DNA from: Octopus bimaculoides
Taxonomy: Eukaryota
Length of the DNA stretch: 64,000 nucleotides
Reading direction: 5' to 3'
Assembly: GCF_001194135.2 (NCBI RefSeq)
Contig: NC_068981.1
Coordinates: 199,746,515 to 199,810,514, forward strand
How positions within the stretch are numbered: the first letter of the stretch is position 1; every line of letters begins with the position of its first letter. Made by a program: the position numbers and the translations under genes. A model generated the notes under the pieces. It was not told the DNA's origin and searched no databases. It was given only the letters and a program-made list of their open reading frames with translations. This document shows positions 60,331-64,000 of this stretch, one piece after another.

Positions 60331-61529
60331 GTCAGTTATCTCATCACTTATCAATCTGTTGAATACTCAAGTGAGATTACATTACACTCACACAAAGAAA
60401 TGCATCACAAGGTAAATACCAAAACTTCCCCAGCAACAAATGCACTATGCAACATAGGCAACTTCAGTATCAAAGCTAGGTGAATGCAGAAATAAAATAC
60501 AACTTGGAGAAGGAAGATATGGAAATTAAAAGATCCAGTAAATGGGAATAGATTGAGGGGAAATTCTTACTGATACCTATCACTGTAAGAAAAACTTACC
60601 CTATTGTCATCTATGCTATAGGTATGTGTTTCTGAGAAATAATCTGGTTAGGGCTTCAGATAAACATGGTTAGAGTAAAGTCTCAACCAAACCAAAAGTG
60701 ACTGGTGGTGGAATGATACGGCTGATATAATGGGTAAAGGGCAAGAGATTTGAAAAATCTAGAAGGAAAGTAGTTTACCAAATGGCTAGAAAGTGACAGA
60801 CACACTTGGCTAAAGGTGAAGTAGAAAGGAAGAAATGTGCAAATGTTTTGTGATGCAAAGATCAGAGAACTATTGATTGCAAGACAATCAGAGAGAACTT
60901 AGATGTCAACAGGGCAAATTATCATTTAACATCTATGTTCCATACTGGCATGGGTTGGACAGTTTGGCAGGAATTGATGTGTCCATCTTGCTTCAATGCT
61001 TTGCTGGGATTTTTACAGCTGGATGCCCTTCCTAACACCAACTGCTTTACAATATGGAGTTGGTGCTTGTTTGGGCCACCTGCATGATTGAGGTTGCCAT
61101 GCAGTTCATAAGAGGTCTATGACCGCTGGAGTAGGCGAGGCATCAGCTGTATGCTAGATGAGGGGATTACTTTCTGCAGAGGAGTATGCAGGGACGGGGG
61201 NNNNNNNNNNNNNNNNNNNNNNNNNNNNNNNNNNNNNNNNNNNGGGGGGGGGGGGGGTGTACAAAGAGAGAAAATGATCAGGAGGAGCTGCAAGACAGAT
61301 AACAGTGAAAAGGTGCTTAGGTTGCCCCACAAGGCATATACTGATGGGAAATGGGTTGTTTGTGAATGAGGGAAGGGCAGACTGCCAAAATAGGTAGAGT
61401 TGAAAAAAAGATGAGGCAAGTTATGAACTGAGGATGATATGGGGAGCAGTGAGTAGTAAAGATGATACAGTTGCTTGTCTGAGGGAGGGGGAAGAGATAG
61501 ACATAGTGTATCAGTGGAAGGAGTCAAAA

Positions 61530-62660
61530 TCTAGCTCTTCCAGAACTCAGTTTTATTGAGGATGGGTTTTTTGAGAACCTCATATTGCCAGAGATCTTGG
61601 TCTGTTGTTATCTCATCTGTCATGTTCAAGGTCCATTTCATCCCATGTCTTCCTCTTCTGCAGGTTCCAGTTACATTAATCGAACGGAACATCTTTATGC
61701 AGCTCTCCGTAATCATACACATCACACAACCATACCATCTCAAGCTTTATTCTTGAACATAACATCTGATACTTCTTATAGCCTGTTTTATACTTAGCAC
61801 TTTTCTCCTAATTCTTACATTGTTCAGCTAATGGAGCTTGCTCACTTCATTTCTTTCCAGTCTTGTCAAATCCTCTGCATTCAAGGCCCATGCCTCACTA
61901 CCATGCAGCATTGCACTTCTAACACAGACGTTATACAATCTACCCTTTGTTGTCAGCAGTGGTAGTAGCTCTCTGAACTTCCTGCGGCCAGTTCTTATTC
62001 TAGCAACTGTACTTTCAGAGCAACTACCACCCATACTAATTGCATTTCCTAGGTAACAAAAGCTATCAACTACTACTAATGAGCCATTTGCACATTTAAG
62101 AGACTTAAGGCTCCTCAATTCCTCTTCCCTGCCTGGAATTTCTTTTCTAATTCCATTGCCATTGCTATTGATGACATGAAACTGACTTGGAGGTGCTATT
62201 AATGAGAGACTTCTCAACAAGAATGGTCTTTTCCTTTAGAGTGTAGGGCAAGTTGTATGATGCTTATGTAAAATCTGTAATATTGCATGGTAGTGAAACA
62301 TGGGCCATGAATGCAGAGAACTTGAGCTACTAGAAAGAAATGAAGTGAGCATGTTCTGTTGGTTATGCATTATAAGTGTGCATGAATGATATAGTACAAA
62401 TGTGCTGACAAAAACTGGGCATGAAAGAAATCAAATGTGGTGGGTAAAAAAGATTGTACTGGTACGGACATGTGCATGAATGAGGGCATCTGTATAAAGA
62501 AGTGTTGATCACTTAATGTAGAGGGAACTTGTGAAAGAGGGAGACCCAGAAGGACATGAGACAAGGTGGTGAAAGCTGATCTCAGGACCATGAAACTTGT
62601 TGAGGTGATTACAAGGGACTGGCATGACTTGTAATATATGATTCCCAAGAAAAGCTGCAC
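61530..62660. mobile_element. Two RTE ORF2 C-terminal fragments in opposite orientation (61530-62200 minus; 62220-62660 plus)
   Basis: VVDSFCYLGNAISMGGSCSESTVARIRTG.RKFRELLPLL..AMLHGSEAWAL; plus-strand LRV*GKLYDAYVKSVILHGSETWAM. Confidence 0.8.
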
Positions 62661-62690
62661 CTTTGGTGGAACTGGGTTCTGTTAGCACTT

Positions 62691-62727
<37 letters not shown>

Positions 62728-63767
62728 GCACAACCATACCTTTCAACCGATTTCCTTTTTCCTCAAGCCTCCCCACCACCACCACCAATCTCTTTTTTAA
62801 ATACCACTTGATCATCCCATCCCTGATTCTAAAATGTGAGTATTCATACTGGTCCTTTACAAGAAACCTGTTCTGCTCTGGCCCATTCTCTCATGCTTTT
62901 ACCCCTTGTTTCCTAGGATAAAGTTGCTCCCTTGGGGTTTGTAATGTTGCAAGCTGCATGTCAACCTTACTTGTGCTAGTAGCATGTAAAAACACCCAAT
63001 ATCTTCAAATAGTTGCATGTACTGAATCTCACAATGCAAAGATTCAAAGTAAACAAATTACAGTATCTTTGTGTGTACAAATAGGAAATATTGTTGAGTA
63101 TGTTGGTAATCAAAACACTCTTAACCTCCACTACAAAATGAAAGCAATCCAATATATTAAACAAAATTGAGCTTGAAGAAAATAACACTCATAAAGTCTA
63201 CAGAATTTTTATTCAGAAATTTCAATCCTGCTAGAACATCATTCAAAGTACAAAGAATGGCACTTTATATCACACTGTTTGCAAGTTTTCATGTATCCCA
63301 AAAGCACCTGAACTTTGACAAAAGGATATCTACCAATTTGCAGAATCCTTTACTATGATGGTTCTGTAAGCAGCACTTTTATAGTGAAAAACCTTCATAT
63401 TTGCTACTTTCTTTCACCTCCACGATGACTCTCCCTCGGTAAATCTCCTAAGCCATCCTTTTCTACATCACCATGCACACTTACACACCATGTTCTAAAG
63501 CAATTCCAGTTGCTTCAACAAGATCTAGATAACATTCATTTTGTATATCACAGTGTGATATACAAACAAGGTGGCCCAGATCCTCACTAAATTTATCCTC
63601 ATTAAATTCAATCTTTCTATTTTTACTGAAACGTATCTTAATGTTTGGAAACATATTACGGTATGTTCCATTCAGAAGAAGTGCAGCCACTCTAACCCAG
63701 CTATCATCCTGTTTCACTTCAAACATCTGAAACGGGATAAAGGCAGCCTTTATCCACTGACATCTCT

Positions 63768-64000
63768 ATCATCATCATCATCGTTTAACGTCCGCTTTCC
63801 ATGCTAGCATGGGTTGGACGATTTGACTGAGGACTGGTGAAACCGGATGGCAACACCAGGCTCCAGTCTGATTTGGCAGAGTTTCTACAGCTGGATGCCC
63901 TTCCTAACGCCAACCACTCAGAGAGTGTAGTGGGTGCTTTTACGTGTCACCCGCACGAAAACGGCCACGCTCGAAATGGTGTCTTTTATGTGCCACCCGC
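63768..64000 (-). mobile_element. RTE 3' tail, young subfamily (continues past the window end)
   Basis: (ATC)n-gtttaacgtccgctttccatgctagcatgg..., identical to 12147-12312 over the shared length. Confidence 0.9.

Overview
AT-rich (TA/TG/CAT microsatellite-rich), gapped animal genomic DNA. By inference from the repeat families, the GC-shifted 18S fragment and the tandem non-KRAB C2H2 zinc-finger genes, it is most likely an Octopus (coleoid cephalopod) zinc-finger cluster. It holds four intact single-coding-exon poly-C2H2 genes. Three are paralogues sharing an N-terminal leader [24 protein letters not shown] (20, 13 and 11 fingers; 14670-16514 -, 33974-35215 -, 54122-55210 +); the fourth belongs to a different subfamily (45065-46657 -, 15 intact fingers). 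There is also a ZNF pseudogene (about 23.8-24.4 kb) abutting a decayed Gypsy element. The rest is dense transposon debris: many RTE LINE fragments and 3' tails (some 100% identical), Penelope-like GIY-YIG relics with hammerhead-ribozyme motifs, tRNA-derived SINEs, maT/mariner/pogo relics, a Helitron, and a Merlin transposase relic with two young foldback MITEs carrying perfect 8-bp TSDs. Best leads: (1) a 73-nt nucleotide-level near-invariant leader in the three ZNF paralogues; (2) specificity-residue-focused divergence in a duplicated 3-finger block; (3) the Merlin foldback system in the divergent promoter region; (4) hammerhead motifs, one preceded by a tRNA-like Pol III head; (5) a 245-bp templated inverted insertion with a 17-bp flanking duplication; (6) an 18S rRNA fragment inside a LINE. 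All alignments were made by eye; no database searches were run.
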